Shown piece by piece: positions 41,742 through 56,800 of a DNA stretch of 64,000 nt. The notes beneath the pieces were generated by a model. It saw only the letters and a list, made by a program, of their open reading frames with translations. It was not told the DNA's origin and searched no databases. The position numbers were made by a program, and so were the translations under genes. Position 1 is the first letter of the stretch. Every line of letters begins with the position of its first letter. Source of the DNA: the human T2T-CHM13v2.0 reference genome, Homo sapiens; the NCBI RefSeq assembly GCF_009914755.1, contig NC_060937.1; one strand, given 5' to 3'.

Positions 41742-41911
41742 GAGGATTGGAAACTATGACTTGCAGGCCATATGTAGCCTGCCAACTATGTTTGTAAAGA
41801 GAGTTTTATGAGAACACAGGCATGGTTTTTGTATATGGCTGCTTTCTCACTACAACAGCAGAATTAAAGAGTTGCTCTATGGCCCTTAAAATAAAAGTTT
41901 GCCACCCCTTG
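41742..41911 (+). mobile_element. MER58A-like hAT-Charlie MITE
   Basis: ggaaactatgacttgcaggcca...gtatatggctgctttctcactacaacagcaga...aaagtttgccacccct. Confidence 0.8.
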
Positions 41912-43874
41912 TTCTAGGGTAAGAAAGGGGACTGGAAAGGTATTGGAAGAATAGAGTTGGTTTCCAGGGCTAGAGCAACATCTGGAACAACATCCACAGA
42001 ACTCCACTGGGCCACATCTGGGCAGGCAGGCCTTGCTTCCCATGGGCTTCGCTACCCAGAGATGTCTATACTACTGGTAGAGGTTTATTTAACCTGAACA
42101 CCTAATCCACAGAGAAGAAGTTTAATTTTTATTGGCTTAAGGGCTTTATCTCATCAGAGAGTAAGAGGTTCACTAAAAACTTGAAATTAAAACAATTTGA
42201 GCTTTTGCTGAAAGTGCTTTTTAACTTAAATACAAGCCTAAGCACAGGCAGTCTGAGTGTCTGAACCTAAACACATCAGCATGATTCTTATTTCTCTTTT
42301 CACAAGGTGACAAGATCGTAACAACATACTTTTAAAAGCTATGATCTTGTACCTAGGCTAACACTTACTCCCTCTCTCTAACCTTCCAAGGGACCCAATC
42401 TCAAAAAAATGTTACAAAGTTTCTCAGAAACCTATTGAATACACCAACAGTATTAAAGAAGATAGAATTCAAGGAAGAAACCCAAGGCTTTTTGGTGGCA
42501 GAGAAACTAAGCCACATTTGAATTGTATGCATTTTTCCCTACTACCTGTAATTCTAGACTCCTTTTATGCATCAATTTGGCATGTCATAAAGTTTAGAAA
42601 CAAAAATATCCATTAAGCTAAGGGTGTTAAACATTAATTCATGAAATAGTCTGGAAATCTCCTGGCCTTTTCAATTTACAAGCCAAGCAGTTCATAAATC
42701 TTACAGGCCTCCAGAGCTAATCAGTAAGACCCAAATTGGTAATCCAAATCATTAACTCAGTTTGCCAGATGTTGGAAGTTTGTTCCACTTTTTGTTCTCT
42801 CTCTTGCTCTCTCTCTCTCTCTGTGTGTGTTTGTGTACACCCATACATACATATTATATATAGTTTTTCCTCTTTAAACATAAACACTAAATATAGCCAA
42901 ATTTGGAGTATTCTGGAAAGATGGTGATGGTATAGCTTTTAAATCTCCCTAAATTGTACCATAAACCACACAGCAATTAGACCAGAAATCCCAAAACCTA
43001 GAGTCAACAGATACAACAAAATTAGGCAAAAATGTCTCATCACTAACCCTCAAACTTGAGAAGATAGAGACAAATCGATGACAACAATAAAATCAACAAG
43101 GAATCAGCAACTGAGCCGGAAGAGTTAGAGAGATGGTAACATGATTACAACTATGCTGAAAACCAAAGAACCACCACTCCCCCAACATTGTCATAAACAA
43201 CTACTCCCTGAAAACCACATGTCCAATCAGAGAAGACTAACTGAAACTGAGACAGAGGTAGACAGGCATCAATTCATGACTGTGTGGGGTGGCTCAAAAG
43301 GTCAGATGGCACTGGGGTTATCTGGGCCTCTTAAACGCTGGAAACAAACTAAAGCTCCCTTTCAGGATAGTCTCCCTGAGAGAAACTGCTAGCAATATAA
43401 TCTATACTATGGAGAAATTGAAAAAGGTAGAATGGAAAAATAGTAGGGAAAAATACGAAGTTTCATCTAAAACTGGGAAAGAAGAAGCTGGCATATTTCA
43501 GCAATTATAGTCATAATTTTAATTACCTTGAAAATGAATCAGACAAAGGATCTCAAGAGCTGTGAAGGTAGAAGAAGCAATTCTAGTTTACCTTTCCTCC
43601 TAAAATTAAAAAAAATTACTCATCTAAATGAACAAAGGCATATATTGCTGTTGAAACTTATACATTACTTTAGGAAAAAAGAAACTAAGGAGCAAAATAA
43701 CCATTAGACAGTGAAGGTAATTTTAAAAGAATACCTGTTACACAAGTGAAAAGAGTAATATTTCACAAAGCATTAAGGAAAGTCTAAAAAGTAATATAAT
43801 CAATGAAAAAGCACCATAAACTAGAAACATTACTCAGAAATGAGGTGAATGAAGAAAAGGAACGTTTGAAAAGG

Positions 43875-44352
43875 GGTGATTCCCTAGAAACACAGCCTGA
43901 GACAGAAATTTGGGTATATGTGATTTATTGAGAATATATTCTTTAGTAAAAAGCAAAATCTATGAAGGAGTGAGGAAAGCTGGGTAGGAAAGAAGACCAT
44001 GAGTAAGAATTTAGGCTTGATATAGTCCAAGGTGTAGAGGAGGAAGAGTGCCTTGGAGGATATGCACATTGGAGATTTGTCTCTATGTTTAGGCAAGAGG
44101 TCTAGTCTTTTAATACACAGTACTTAAGAAAGTCTTCTGTGCAAAAGACTATGTATGTACTATAGTCTTCTGTGAGTGAGTCATTAGCTGTTGGCCATAT
44201 TCAAAGGAGGATACTACCTCCCAGCAAGATGGTCCCGATCAGCTAAGAGCAATCCTCTGGAGAAAATGAGCAGTTGTTTTTGGCAGCCAACACTCACAGC
44301 AGCTGGGGGATGAGTGTACCATCTTCTTAAAGGGCATCTAGTGTCTGCTATA
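43875..44352 (-). mobile_element. LTR16-family ERVL LTR
   Basis: cagcctgagacagaaatttgggtatatgtgatttattgag...ggcagccaacactcacagcagctgggg. Confidence 0.6.
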
Positions 44353-45136
44353 AAGATAAATTTTAAGGAAATAATATCAGGTTGATTTCATTTTGTGAAA
44401 GCAAAACTATACCAGAAGACAATGAAGTAACATATTTGAGATACTCAAAGAAATAAATTACCAGAATTCTATACCTAGCCAGCATGTCCTTCAAGTTTAA
44501 AGGTTCTAAATGAACTGTTATGAAGACAGAGAAATTTAAGGAGTATTTTTCCAATGAGCACTTCCTAGCATATCTACTTGAGTGTGAATTTCATGAAATT
44601 AGAATCACTAAAGGGATATCAATATTATATTATATGGACAAAGTGGTTATATGCTTTCCTAAAGTGACAATGCAGCTACAGTAACACTTTGCAGAATAAG
44701 GAGAATGTAAGCACAAAGAACAAGATTACCAACTGAGATTTAAAAATATATATTTTTCAAATTATATTGTAAAGGAAAAGGAAGATAGAGAAGAAAGAAT
44801 TACTAGCTAATATCAATAATAATAATTGATATAACAAGGTAAAAACCAAAAACATAAGATCCTATAAAAGAGGAGAATAAAAGCAATATTCAAGTAAATA
44901 GACTAAAATGCAAATATGTGCCAATAGCCAGAAGTATAGATAGGTAGACGATAGGTATTACAAACATATATTTGTACATGCATTGGTGTGTGTATGAATG
45001 TATATGTACAAATGTATATACATGTGAGTATCAGTTTATCTCTCTATAAAATACTACTGTAGAACTGAGGTCAAACATTTTGATAGTATTAATAAATGTC
45101 AATTAACCTTGTTAAACTATTAAGAAAACATACTTC

Positions 45137-45445
<309 letters not shown>

Positions 45446-45995
45446 AAGAAAATATACTTCTGATAGGCTATGAAACAAAATGCAATACACTATATACAAG
45501 AGACATATTTAAAACAAAGAGAATCGTAAGTGTTAAAAATATAAGATGGACAAATATATGCCAGGACAAAGGAAACTCATGGTCAGAGGGTCTTAATCTT
45601 ACTATCAACGAAGAATGCAGACCAAAAAAAAGCATTAAAAGAAACAAACAAATGCGACACTTAAAATGAATATATTCAAGAGATGTTCATATTTATGTAA
45701 CTTATAATAGGGCAACAATATACATCATAGCAGAAGATACAGCAGATGCAAATATTTATAAATCTCTCTCAATCCAAGACAATCAAGTGGAAAAAAATAG
45801 TATACAGAAGATCTAAACAACATATTACCTAGAAACTCATCAAATTGTAAACCTTGAAGATAGAAAGTATGCATTTTAAAAAGGGCATGTAACATTTGCA
45901 AATACTGACCTTTTCTTAGTACACATATAGAACCTAATAATTTCCAAGCAATTGAAATAATACAAATAAAACCAAATCAAGAAATAAAATTGGCC

Positions 45996-46353
45996 TGCTA
46001 TAGTCTGAATATTTGTATCTTCCAAAAATTCATATATGGGAACCTGATCCCCACTGTGAGAGTATTAGAAGGTGGGGATTTTGGGAGGTGATTAGGTCAT
46101 AAAGGCTGTGCCCTCACACATGAGATTAGTGCCCTTATAAAAGAGACCCCAGAGAGCAAGCTAGGCCCTGTATCCACATGAGGACACATAGAAGGCACTA
46201 TCTATGAGGAACAAGCTCTCACCAGACATTGAATCTTCTGGCACCTTGATCTTAGACTTCCCAGCTTCTAGACTGTAAGAAATAAATTTATCATGTTTAT
46301 AAGTCACCCAGTTTATGGCATTTTTGCTATAACAGCCTGCATAAATTAAGACA
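45996..46353 (+). mobile_element. MLT1A0-like MaLR solo LTR
   Basis: tgctatagtctgaatatttgt...cccttataaaagagaccccagagag...taagaca. Confidence 0.88.
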
Positions 46354-47757
46354 AGGTCTCTCCACACCAATAATTTAAAATATGCTGTTAAATAACAATT
46401 ATGTCAAAATATATAAAACTAAATTACAAAAATACTTGAAAATGAAAATAGTATCAGAAGCTATGGAATATATCTTAGTTATCTGAGTAAACTTAAAACA
46501 TTAAATATTTATATCAAAAATTAAAATGTGTAAATTAAATTCCAACTCAAAAACATAGAAAGACAAAAATAGTAAACCAAAAGAAAGTATACATCATGAA
46601 CTATTAGGGAAATGCAGAAATTAATTTTAGAAAATAGAAACAGTAGAAATAATGAACTTACATTTTAATTCTTAAAAAAATATGACTATTAGTTAATTTA
46701 AATAAGTAATTATGCAAATAAACTTGCATACTTTGATAAACTAATGATTTTGTACAGAAATCCAACCTACAAAATCTGACCACAGTAGAGACAGAGATTC
46801 TAAACAGATAAATTGCTACAGAAAAAAAAGTAGACGAAATTTTACTGAACCTTTAAAAGTCAGACAACCCTAATGCTACTTAAATTAGTCCAGAGCACAG
46901 AAAATAAAGAAAAACTTCCAAATTATTTATAAAGAGAGATCCTGAAAACGACTGAGAAAAAATTAGCCCAAACTCACTTATAAATAGCAATGTAAAAATA
47001 TTAAATTTAAATTATCAAACAGAAGTAAACAGTTCATTTAAAAAAGATACATTATGATCAAGTGAGTTGTATCTCAGAATTGCAGGGTCATAATAAGTTG
47101 CCTAAGGCAACTTATTAATACTAATCATCATAGTTATAAGGCTAAGGAGAAAAAAACATTAACTATTGCCATAAAATCTGACAAGACTTGAAAAATTCAA
47201 CTCTACTTCCTGCTGAAAGTGCCAATTAAGGTAGTAATTAGTGGTTACTTCATTAACTGTCTCTTTATCAGGTATACATACATGCAAACACACACAACTA
47301 TCATACATTTATACTTGTATGTGTGTATGTATCTCAAAGCCAACTTGCCTGATAAAGTCAGGAAGAAGAAAAGAAAGGATGCTAACGATATCTACGTTAT
47401 TTAATATTGCATTGAAGCTATCAGCCAACGTAACTGACAAGAAAATTAACTGCATTAAAATTGGAAATGAAGAGGTAGAACTAATTCAATGTTCCAAAGA
47501 TATGATTAATATCTGGAAACTTCAAATAATCTATGGTAAGTTACTATAATTATATAAGATTTTAAATAAAATTGTATGTTATAAAATCATGGAACAGAAA
47601 TGAACAGCCTTTTATAATAAAACCAAAACTAGTTAGAAGATATGATGAAAAATAAGACATCATTTAAGAGAGTTAATAAAAATTATCTAGGCAACAATCT
47701 AAAAATAATTAAAGCTTCTATTAATTACTTTTGAAATAATTTAAAAAATGGAGTTGA

Positions 47758-48059
47758 GGCCGGGCTGGGTGGCTTACACCTGTAATCCCAGCACTTTGGG
47801 AGGCCGAGGCTGGTAGATCACTAGGTCAGGAGTTCGAGACCAGCCTGACTACAATGGTGAAACCCTGTCTTTACCAAAAATACAAAAATTAGCCAGGCAT
47901 AGTGGCAGGCACCTATAATTCCAGCTACTCAGGAGGCTGAGGCAGGATAATTGCTTGAACCCGGGAGGCAGAGTTTGCAGTGTGCTGAGGTCGCGCCACC
48001 GAACTCCAGCCTGGGCGACAGAGTGAGACTCCATCTGGAAAAAAAAAAAAAAAAAAAAA
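47758..48059 (+). mobile_element. Alu (AluSg-like)
   Basis: Full dimer with poly(A); degenerate TSD. Confidence 0.95.
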
Positions 48060-48339
48060 GGAGTCAAACAAAAGGAGGGGAAAAAATCTCACTGGAGAAT
48101 GCTCAGAAGGCAACTCATTATTTTGAAAATTGCTTAAAAAATGGAATTGGTAATGAATAAAGAGGAATTGTTCAAGATCTATCCTGCCTTTTCTGTAAGC
48201 ATTATCCCACTAGGTAACCAAATAGTTGACAGAAAATGTTTAATTTTTTTAAGGTATACCACCTTAAAAATGAATAAAGTTGCTCTCCTGTACAAAGACA
48301 TTTTTCTCTTTCTACTTTTCACATTTTCCTTTTATTTTT

Positions 48340-48777
48340 GGCTTTAAGATCAACTCTGGTGAGTGTAGGTGTAGATCTTTGTGTTTATCCTAGTTAGAAT
48401 TTATTGAGTTTTTGTCATATTAATATTTAAAAATCAAATCTGGGAAGTTTTTGGCATTATTTCTACTCCTTTCTCTCTCTCTTCTTCTTCTAGAACTTCA
48501 GCTATCCATATGTCAGTGTGTTTGACGATGTTCTCATAGGATGAGATTTTGTTCACTTTTTCTTTCATCTCCAATCTTTTTTCTCTCTGTTCTTTGAACT
48601 TCTATGGCTTTATATTCAATGTACTGACTTTTTTCTTCTAGCACCTCAAAATTGCTTCTGAGACCATTTCAGTCATCGTATTCCTCGACTCTAAAATTTG
48701 ATTCTTTTTTATAGTTATAATTCCCTATTGAGATTCCCTATTTGTCCAGCCATTGTCATAGTTTTCTTTCATTATTG

Positions 48778-48830
<53 letters not shown>

Positions 48831-49820
48831 GGCTTCTTTGGAGTGTTTGCTAAATCCAACTTCTGGGCCCATCCGGGAATCTATTTTTATTGGCTGCTTT
48901 CTTTGCCATTCTTTCGTATATCTCATAATGTTTGTTTAAAAACCAAACACTTTAGACAGTATCATGTAGCAGTCTTGGGTTTAGTTTTTATTTTTCTGAG
49001 AGTTGAATTTTTTTTTTACTATTCTTTTCTTATTCCTTGCTTTTGTTTTGTGTTGGTAACTTGCCTGGACTTAATTTTCAAGATCTTTGTCCTTACATTA
49101 TTTGTCCACTGATATCTTTGCACAATTTTTAAGAATTCTTTCATTTTTTAGCCTAATTTCCTATGATCCACTCTTCCGTCTGCATAGCAAAGTACTCAGC
49201 CAATGACTTGGGTAGAGTTTGTGTTTCAATGCTTCATACTATTATGGTCCTGTAGATCAGTCTCTGTGGAGTCTTGTAAGTGCATTAAACTGTTCCCTCA
49301 GCTCCAAGTATGACTTGGGTTTTAATTTTTCCCTGGGCTGTCTAGAGTCTCCCTCATGTATGCATGTAGTTTTCCAGTTCGCCTAAGATGTATGAAGAGC
49401 CTATTTCAGCTTTTCTATGGCTCTCCCGTTTTCTAGATGTGAGACCACAACCAGACCTAGCAAAGCTGTGAGTTTTCCCTTGTCATTTTTTACCAAATTT
49501 ACCACATTTAGCAGACAAAGCTTGTCCTTCTAGCTTCTCTCTCCCTTGCAGCAAATATGATACTTTATATGGCCAAACCCACCCACACTGGGAAGCTACA
49601 CTTTTCCATGGCCATGCTCCCTGAAAGAAGATGAGAGAAGTCCCAGGCAAGAACTCAAATTTCTAGCAGTTTTTAAAGAAATAATGCTTCCCAATTTGTT
49701 TTCTACATGGTTGATTTTCAACAGCTGAAATTGTTGTTTTGACAATTTTGTTCAGTTTTTTACTTCTTTTTTTTTGTTTGCTTTGCAAAGACAGATGTGC
49801 CCATTTCCTTATGCTGCTAT
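48340..49820 (-). mobile_element. Old L1 ORF1/5' region, antisense
   Basis: T-rich, with tctgggaagtttttggcattatttct and ttccctattgagattcccta motifs. Confidence 0.65.
48780..48828. repeat. (TA)n microsatellite, about 24 units
   Basis: Read directly from the sequence. Confidence 0.95.
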
Positions 49821-49839
49821 ACAGAATTCACTAGTTTTT

Positions 49840-50165
49840 TGTTGTTGTTGTTTGTTTTTTTGTTTGTTTATTTTTATTTTCTGAAGACTGCGTCTTGCTC
49901 TGTCATTCAGGCTGGAGCACAGTGTCACGATCTTGGCTCACTGCAACCTCCGCCTGTCAGGTTTGAGTGATTCTCCTGCCTCAGCCTCCTGAGTAGCTGG
50001 GATTATAGGTGCCCACCACCAGGCTCATCTTAGTTTTCTATTTTTAATAGAGATGGGGTTTCACCATGTTGGCCAGGCTGCTCTTGAACTCCTTACCTCA
50101 AGTTATCTGCCCGCCTCAGACCCCTGAAGTGCTGGGATTACAGATGTGAGCCATCATGCCTGGCC
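49840..50165 (-). mobile_element. Alu (AluS/J)
   Basis: Antisense dimer with a (TTG)n-containing tail. TSD gaattcact(a/c)gttttt. Confidence 0.95.
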
Positions 50166-50189
50166 TGAATTCACTCGTTTTTTAAAAAA

Positions 50190-50470
50190 ATTATTGATTT
50201 TTTAGGTGTGATAATATTACGGTTACAATTTTTAAAAGTCTTATCAGCATAAAATACATACTGAAGCATTTATGATGAAATCATATCACACTGATACTGG
50301 CTTTAAAATAATTTGTGTCTCAAAGAACAGGTGGAGATATTGATGGAGCAAGACTGAATGTGAGATAATAATTATTGAATCATGGAACAATTGGAAATTG
50401 TTTGAAATGCATCATAATTTTCTCTAGTTTTGTATATTTTGAGACTATTTACTCAATAAAATGTTAAGAG
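50190..50470 (+). mobile_element. L1MC-type 3' end
   Basis: tttaggtgtgataat...atacatactgaagcatttatg...caataaaatgttaa. Confidence 0.65.
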
Positions 50471-51335
50471 AAATAATTAAATGCTGAGATTCTATTAGTT
50501 ATACACAGCATCAGGAACGAAACGAGACAAATAGAACTTATTCTAACACAGTATATTATAGTGAATTACTACGTAGGTAACTCAACTTCCCTTAACATAT
50601 TAAATCTAACTCCTTCAAAAGGCAACCTGTTAGCCTATGATATTGCAATAATAATGCCCATCATCCCTATATTTGCTTTACCTCTTTATCAAAAACCATT
50701 ATATCATAAATATGATAGATTTGCATTTATTGAGTGCTTACTTGAGCCAGGTACTGTGTTTAGCATTTGATATATATTGCCAATGGACAATGCTTGGGGT
50801 TCAGAGTTTCTGATGGGCCTGTCACTATTTCTTGCTCTTCTATTCAAGTTTGAAGAAAAAAGGTAGCAGAAAGTAAAAAATGCAGTAAGTTTGATTAATA
50901 ATCTTCTATTAAATATTTTGTATCAGTTAAGGAGGTTTTGGGAAACTTTGAAGACAAGTTTATTGAGATGGAAAAAAATGTCCAAGGATAGATGCAACTC
51001 CCTAAAAGATTTCTGATGTATAGGTCTCTTCCAAAACAAAATCATGGCCCCCCAAAATAAAAATATTTAGCGAGGAACAGATGCTCAAGCCTTACTCTAC
51101 ATGACCGGCGTAATCCTGGGAAACTCGTAGTCCTGCAATGTAAGCCATGGTGTCCTGGTAATGATGTATACACTGCATGTCAAGAAAACAATAAGCTGTT
51201 TGCTGACCTCAGGACATCTGGGTACTTTTAGCACCCATGGTGGGTTGGCAGGGGGACAATTTCTCATGACTATAGATTTATGAGCCAGTTCAATTTTCAC
51301 GTCTCTCAAAAAAGATTCCACTGCCTATCGAAGTT

Positions 51336-51643
51336 GTTTTTTTTCTTTTTTTTTTTTTTTTTGAGATGGAGTTTCACTCTTGTAGCCCAGGCTGGAGTGC
51401 AATGGCACAATGTCAGCTCACTGCAAGCTCTGCTCCTGGGTTCAAGTGATTCTCCTGCCTCAGCATCCCAAGTAGCTGAGATTACAGGCATGCGCCACCA
51501 TGCGTGGCTAATTTTGTATTTTTAGTAGAAATGGGGTTTCTCCATGGTAGTCAGGTTGGTCTCAAACTCGCAACCTCAGGTGATCCACCCGCCTTAGCCT
51601 CCCAAAGTGCTGGGATTACAGGTGTGAGCCACTGCACCCAGCC
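51336..51643 (-). mobile_element. Alu (AluSp/Sq-like)
   Basis: Antisense dimer. TSD ctatc(g/a)aagtt. Confidence 0.95.
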
Positions 51644-52739
51644 CTATCAAAGTTTTAAATCTCTTACAGGTGACTTTGAAAACAGACATCTTTGAAAATG
51701 TCTTTCTCTCTCTGCTTACAAGGAACATGATTTATCAGTTTATATTGTTGTCTTCATGTGAATATTTTGACTTCCAATTTGACAGCTCACATATTATGGA
51801 GTAATTTCTACATTATTACCTCCACTCATGTAGGCCTGGGGAACTTGTCCATGATGAAGTACTCAGTTGAATGAGAAGACAGATTTGAGCACCTGACAAG
51901 ATCCTTGGAAGGGATTATGCCTGAAAGCATAATGTGAATGGGAAAGAGAAACAGGGAAAGGGCTAGTCTCATCTGATCAGGAAAACCAGAAACCAAATCT
52001 TAACCCAATAAGGTAACAGGGCTTGTCACATATCACTGAATGAACAAATACTTGCCAATGATGTTGAAAGTCAGTAATGTAAACTTTGGACTTCAAATGA
52101 GAAAACAGAGATGAAGTAAATGAAAGTTGATTCAGCTCACATTCCTTAATATGTGTATAATTTTCTGCATTTATTTACCTGGCACACAGAAATCATATTT
52201 TTAAATGGTAGAACAGTATTTATCTTTAACTTTATGATAATGGGGAATTATATTCTCATAACTGTGCACTGAACTTAAGATTTTATAATTTTTACTCTTT
52301 GGAGAGTTGTTTTGTTTTTATTTGTATAATCATTTCCACCTTCATATTCTTGACTAAGACCCATCTGAAAAAGTTTAGTGCTAGCTCATATTTTTTGATG
52401 GAACACTTTGGATTAGCTGATGCTGTCAAGAGAAATGAAAAGACATTCTTACCAAGGTGAAACCATTTTAGTTGCATACTGCTGAACAGTCAAGATTCAA
52501 GAAGGATAAATCATGAAAAAAATAATTTACTTTGCTTTTTATGCTATGCTGTTTTCATAACAGCAGGATAAGAATTGCAATTTGGAATAGGAGGATCTAT
52601 GGTTGAAGCATACTGTTGGAGTTTACTTTGAGCTATATAAGCTATATATCTTTGGAGTTTACTTTAAGCTATGTGAATTTACAGCAGGAAACTCTCTTCA
52701 ACTCTTTGCACAAACAACATCTCAATGAGGCTACATAGT

Positions 52740-52982
52740 AAACATAACCTCCCTTACTCTTCTTTCATTTTTCTTTTCCCATAGCATTTATCACCTTCTA
52801 AAATATACATCTATAGTGTACATCTTTTTTAGCTTTATTATTTATTGTTTATTTTCTGTCACCCTGCCAGACTGCAGACTTCATATGGGCAAAGATATTT
52901 GTCTGTTTTCTTCTCTGATATACCTTCATAAAACAATATCATGCATATAGTAGATACTTCATAAATATTTTTGAAATTGATT
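52740..52982 (+). mobile_element. L2a 3' end
   Basis: catagcatttatcacc...catatagtagatacttcataaatattt. Confidence 0.7.
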
Positions 52983-53424
52983 ATAGTATCTATGATGCAA
53001 ACACTTCGAAGTGGCTTTACAAAGTAAATATTAAGATACCACTAAATTTCAAAGTCTAGTTAATCTAACTTCAAATATTTCCTTAGTCCTTCTGAATAAT
53101 GTTAACTTATTCAGAGCACATGTAATTAATGTAGCTCATTTATTGGATAAATTACTCTCTGAGACATCTTGACTAGTCCTTTCTTTGGTGAACTTAATTA
53201 TTTTTAACCCTTTTCAAGTTAACTTTTAAAGAAAAATTTCTAAACAGTACTCATCTGTGAATCTTCTCCTTTTGTTATATTTTGTTACATCTGAGAAATT
53301 TATAAAAATATTGTGTTTCTGTGTATGTGTGTGTACATTTTACAATGTACTATCTGACAAGAGTTTCTTATTGAATGAAGTACTAAATACTGGATATTTT
53401 AATAATAAATATGTGAAAACTGTA

Positions 53425-53824
53425 TGTATTAGTCTGTTTTGCATTTCTGTAAAGGAATACCTTTATAGACTAGATAATTTTAAAGAAAGAGGCTTATTTG
53501 GCTCACAGTTTTGCAGGCTGTATAAGCATGGCATTGGCATCTGCACACCTGCTGGTGAGGCCCCAGGAAGCTTTTAGTCATGTCACAAGGGAGTGGAAGC
53601 TGGCATGTCACATGGCGAGAGAGTGAGGAAGAGAGGAAGGGGAGGTCTCAGACTCTTTTTAACAACCAGATCTCATGTGAACACATTACCATGGCAAGGG
53701 CACCAAGCCATTCATGACAGATTTACACCCATGACCCAAACACCTCCCACCAGGCCTCATCTCCAACACTGGAGATTACATTTCAACATGAGATTTGGAG
53801 GGGACAAATATGCACACTATATCA
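53425..53824 (-). mobile_element. MST (MSTA/MSTB-like) MaLR solo LTR
   Basis: tgtattagtctgttttgcatt...caacatgagatttggagggg...cactatatca. TSD CTGTA/CTATA. Confidence 0.9.
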
Positions 53825-56800
53825 CTATATTATTCTGTTTCCTAGTAATATCAGGAAGTCTTTGTCAGCCACTTTGGAGACTCATTAAGGAAAACTAAAC
53901 ACCTCTGATGGCTTTGAATTTCTCCATCATCTCATTCTTTTTAATCCAAATGTCTTAGGCCTTTAATATCACTGTCTAATGGCTCATGTCTCCTAATAGT
54001 CTTTAGACTCCACCTTCAAATTTATCTTGCTATTGTCAGGATATCCACAGGGTCATGGGACACCTGTGCATAACGACAAACCTTCCTCTATCCTCTGAGC
54101 CTGGCCCATGAATGAAGATGCCTTAGCAGCACTCTACGTGTCCTCCTGGGAAAGCTTGTTACTGCAGCTTCGTCTGGGTTCCTAAGTTGTGCCATGAGTG
54201 TTGGAAGGAAGGAGGTGAATGGCCTTCCATAAACATATGGTGGTATTTTACTCTCTGGGCCCCAGACATATGCCACTTGGTCCCAAAGTCTCCAGAAGCT
54301 TTCATGAACATGGTTTAAAGCCAGCTCTTCAGGTGAAGCTGGGGATGTGGGAGTCAACAAGTCTCAATGAATCACCTCCTCTTTTCTTATCTATCACTTA
54401 TGCTTTCTTTATGCACCCCAAATTGTCAACTATGCAGGAAAGAAAAAACCTCCCTCTGTATCTTCAGAGGTTACCGTTTTATATGAGTGGCAAAAACAGC
54501 CATTTACCTTGAGCTTAGTTAAGGCACCTGAAACTCTAGGATAGGCACCCTGCCTTCCTTGCTGTGAAAAAGGAGTTCAGTGCGGATGTGGAATGTGTTT
54601 TACAGAGGATGTAGAGAAAATGATATAATATAAAATAGGAAGACAAATTCTTCCTAGTAAGGCTGGAGTGGGTATCAGGTTTCTTGACTAAGCCCAAGAG
54701 TACTTAATAGAGCTTTTACAACAAAATAAAAATAAAAAAGAAGGCAAAGAACTATGATTATATAAAAAAGTTTATCATTTTTTCCTATAAATGGTTTTGA
54801 AGCAAAAACAGAAGCTCCAGTATAAGACAGAAAACATTGTGTTGTTATGTGACAGTCTGAAAAAGCCCTCAATGTTTCTTTCATAATCAATCACTAAAAA
54901 TATGAAACAAACATAAGCCGGTCTTTTAAAGCAGCAATAACTTATCTGAAATTGGTCACTTAAGGAAGACAAAGCGGTACAGGGTCCAAAACTGGCTATT
55001 CAGGCTAGATGAACTATCTCCAAACAAAACCCATAAGGCAAAGGACAAAACTGAATTGATATGTATACAAACCTCAGTCACATCAATCTTCAGCTGATCC
55101 AGAAACAGAGAACAGACAATTTTACAGTACTCTAAATTGTTTAAATGTCATCTAGAAAGGATGTAAAAACCAGTATCACAACTGTGAAAACAGAATTATT
55201 TAAGAAAAATTTTAAAAACAGTTTGTATACTAATATTAGCCATTAAAACAATGAGTTAAAATTTCACTTAAAGTTAGTGAATGAAAACAATGTAAAAAGA
55301 CTAAAATCAATATAAAGAACCACATATGTGAGAATAGCATTTTTCTTATGATTATTATGTCTTTAGTCAGAAATATAGCAAATTCAAAAATGCCTTCAAT
55401 ATATTAGGTTAGGCAATTTTTAAACTTAAAGTAAAAAATACAAAATTATGCAATATAATTATAAATATAAAACCATTCCATAAAATTATCTTTTAAACCA
55501 CAGAATAGTCAGTATTGGTAATTTAATGAGGAAATTCTTAATGATGCTAATAAAAACAGACACTTATTCACTTTAGATTGACGTCTCATGGCCCAAGCAT
55601 TACTGATGTTTCTTTAGCATTTCTCAAATATGTCACAAAAAGAAGCTCTCGTGGGCAGAGCGAGCATAATGTTAAGAACTGAGATAAATATGCTCAGGAC
55701 TAAATCAATGTTTCCAAATCAAATAATATTTCCAAGAAAAATATGAAGATGATTGAATTGATATAAACTCAAGCATATAAAGACAGTGCAAGATGCATAA
55801 GTCTAAATCTATGCTTAGGTATACATGATTCATATCATTTAAATCCATTTTTCATAATAGATGTTTTTAATTCTAAAGTAAAGTAACATCAGGCTTTAGA
55901 ATGCTTTGCCAAAATTGCAAACCACCTCTGCTATGTACTGAGAAGTAAGTACAGAGCTGTGCACAAAGGTATCAGATATTCCATCTGGCCCTATGAAAGG
56001 CCCTCTAATTCCTTGGGTCTTGCCCCACTACATGAAACAAAGAGGTTGGTGGAGGACTGGCCAAGGCATCATACAAAGTTTCTGTGGATCCCACTTGGGA
56101 AGAGCTGCTGGAGCAGCAGCACTCACCAACCTCAGGAAATAGATAGGGCAGTGTAGACAGATAGATGGTGGTGGATGGTACACACCCACTTCATCACCAA
56201 ACCATGAAAGGCAAGTAAATCTTTGATGTAGGAGGTTAACCAGCAAATGTTTGCTACCTCCATGAAGAAATTATGCTAGTCACTTCATATACAGGATTTC
56301 ATTTTATTTAAACTAAATTAATAAGCCTTGTATCTTCTTAACTCTGCTTTATTAAACAATTCCTATTTTAAGTTCCACCTTGGCGAATGTCTGACTCATG
56401 TTCTGATATCATAGTGTTGAATGCTGTCTAAAAAGATCTTATGACTTATTTAGAAGGATGGATGAAACAACCCCCAACTATCTCTTTGGACAGTTTATGG
56501 GGTTTTTATAGTATATGAAAAACAAGCTGTACCCTTTTAATAAAAGGGAGCCTTAAAAACTAAAAATCAATCAGAATCCTAGAACAGCCTCAGTGACATG
56601 AAAAGCCCTCAGAATCACAATGATGCCTCCCTTGTTGGCTGTCAGAACAGCACCAAGTGTCATCTGAGAGTCGTTTCTCCTTTTCAAAAGAATGATCTCG
56701 AAACATAGCAACATTACAGTGTTTAATAAAATTACTTTTTCTGAAAACTTCAATCATGAAGGAGTCAGAATTTCTTTCACCTTACCAAAATGAAAAAGAA

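Noticed and set aside
53165-53185. cttgactagtccttt resembling a Y RNA 3' end
   Set aside because: No Y RNA 5' stem or body upstream
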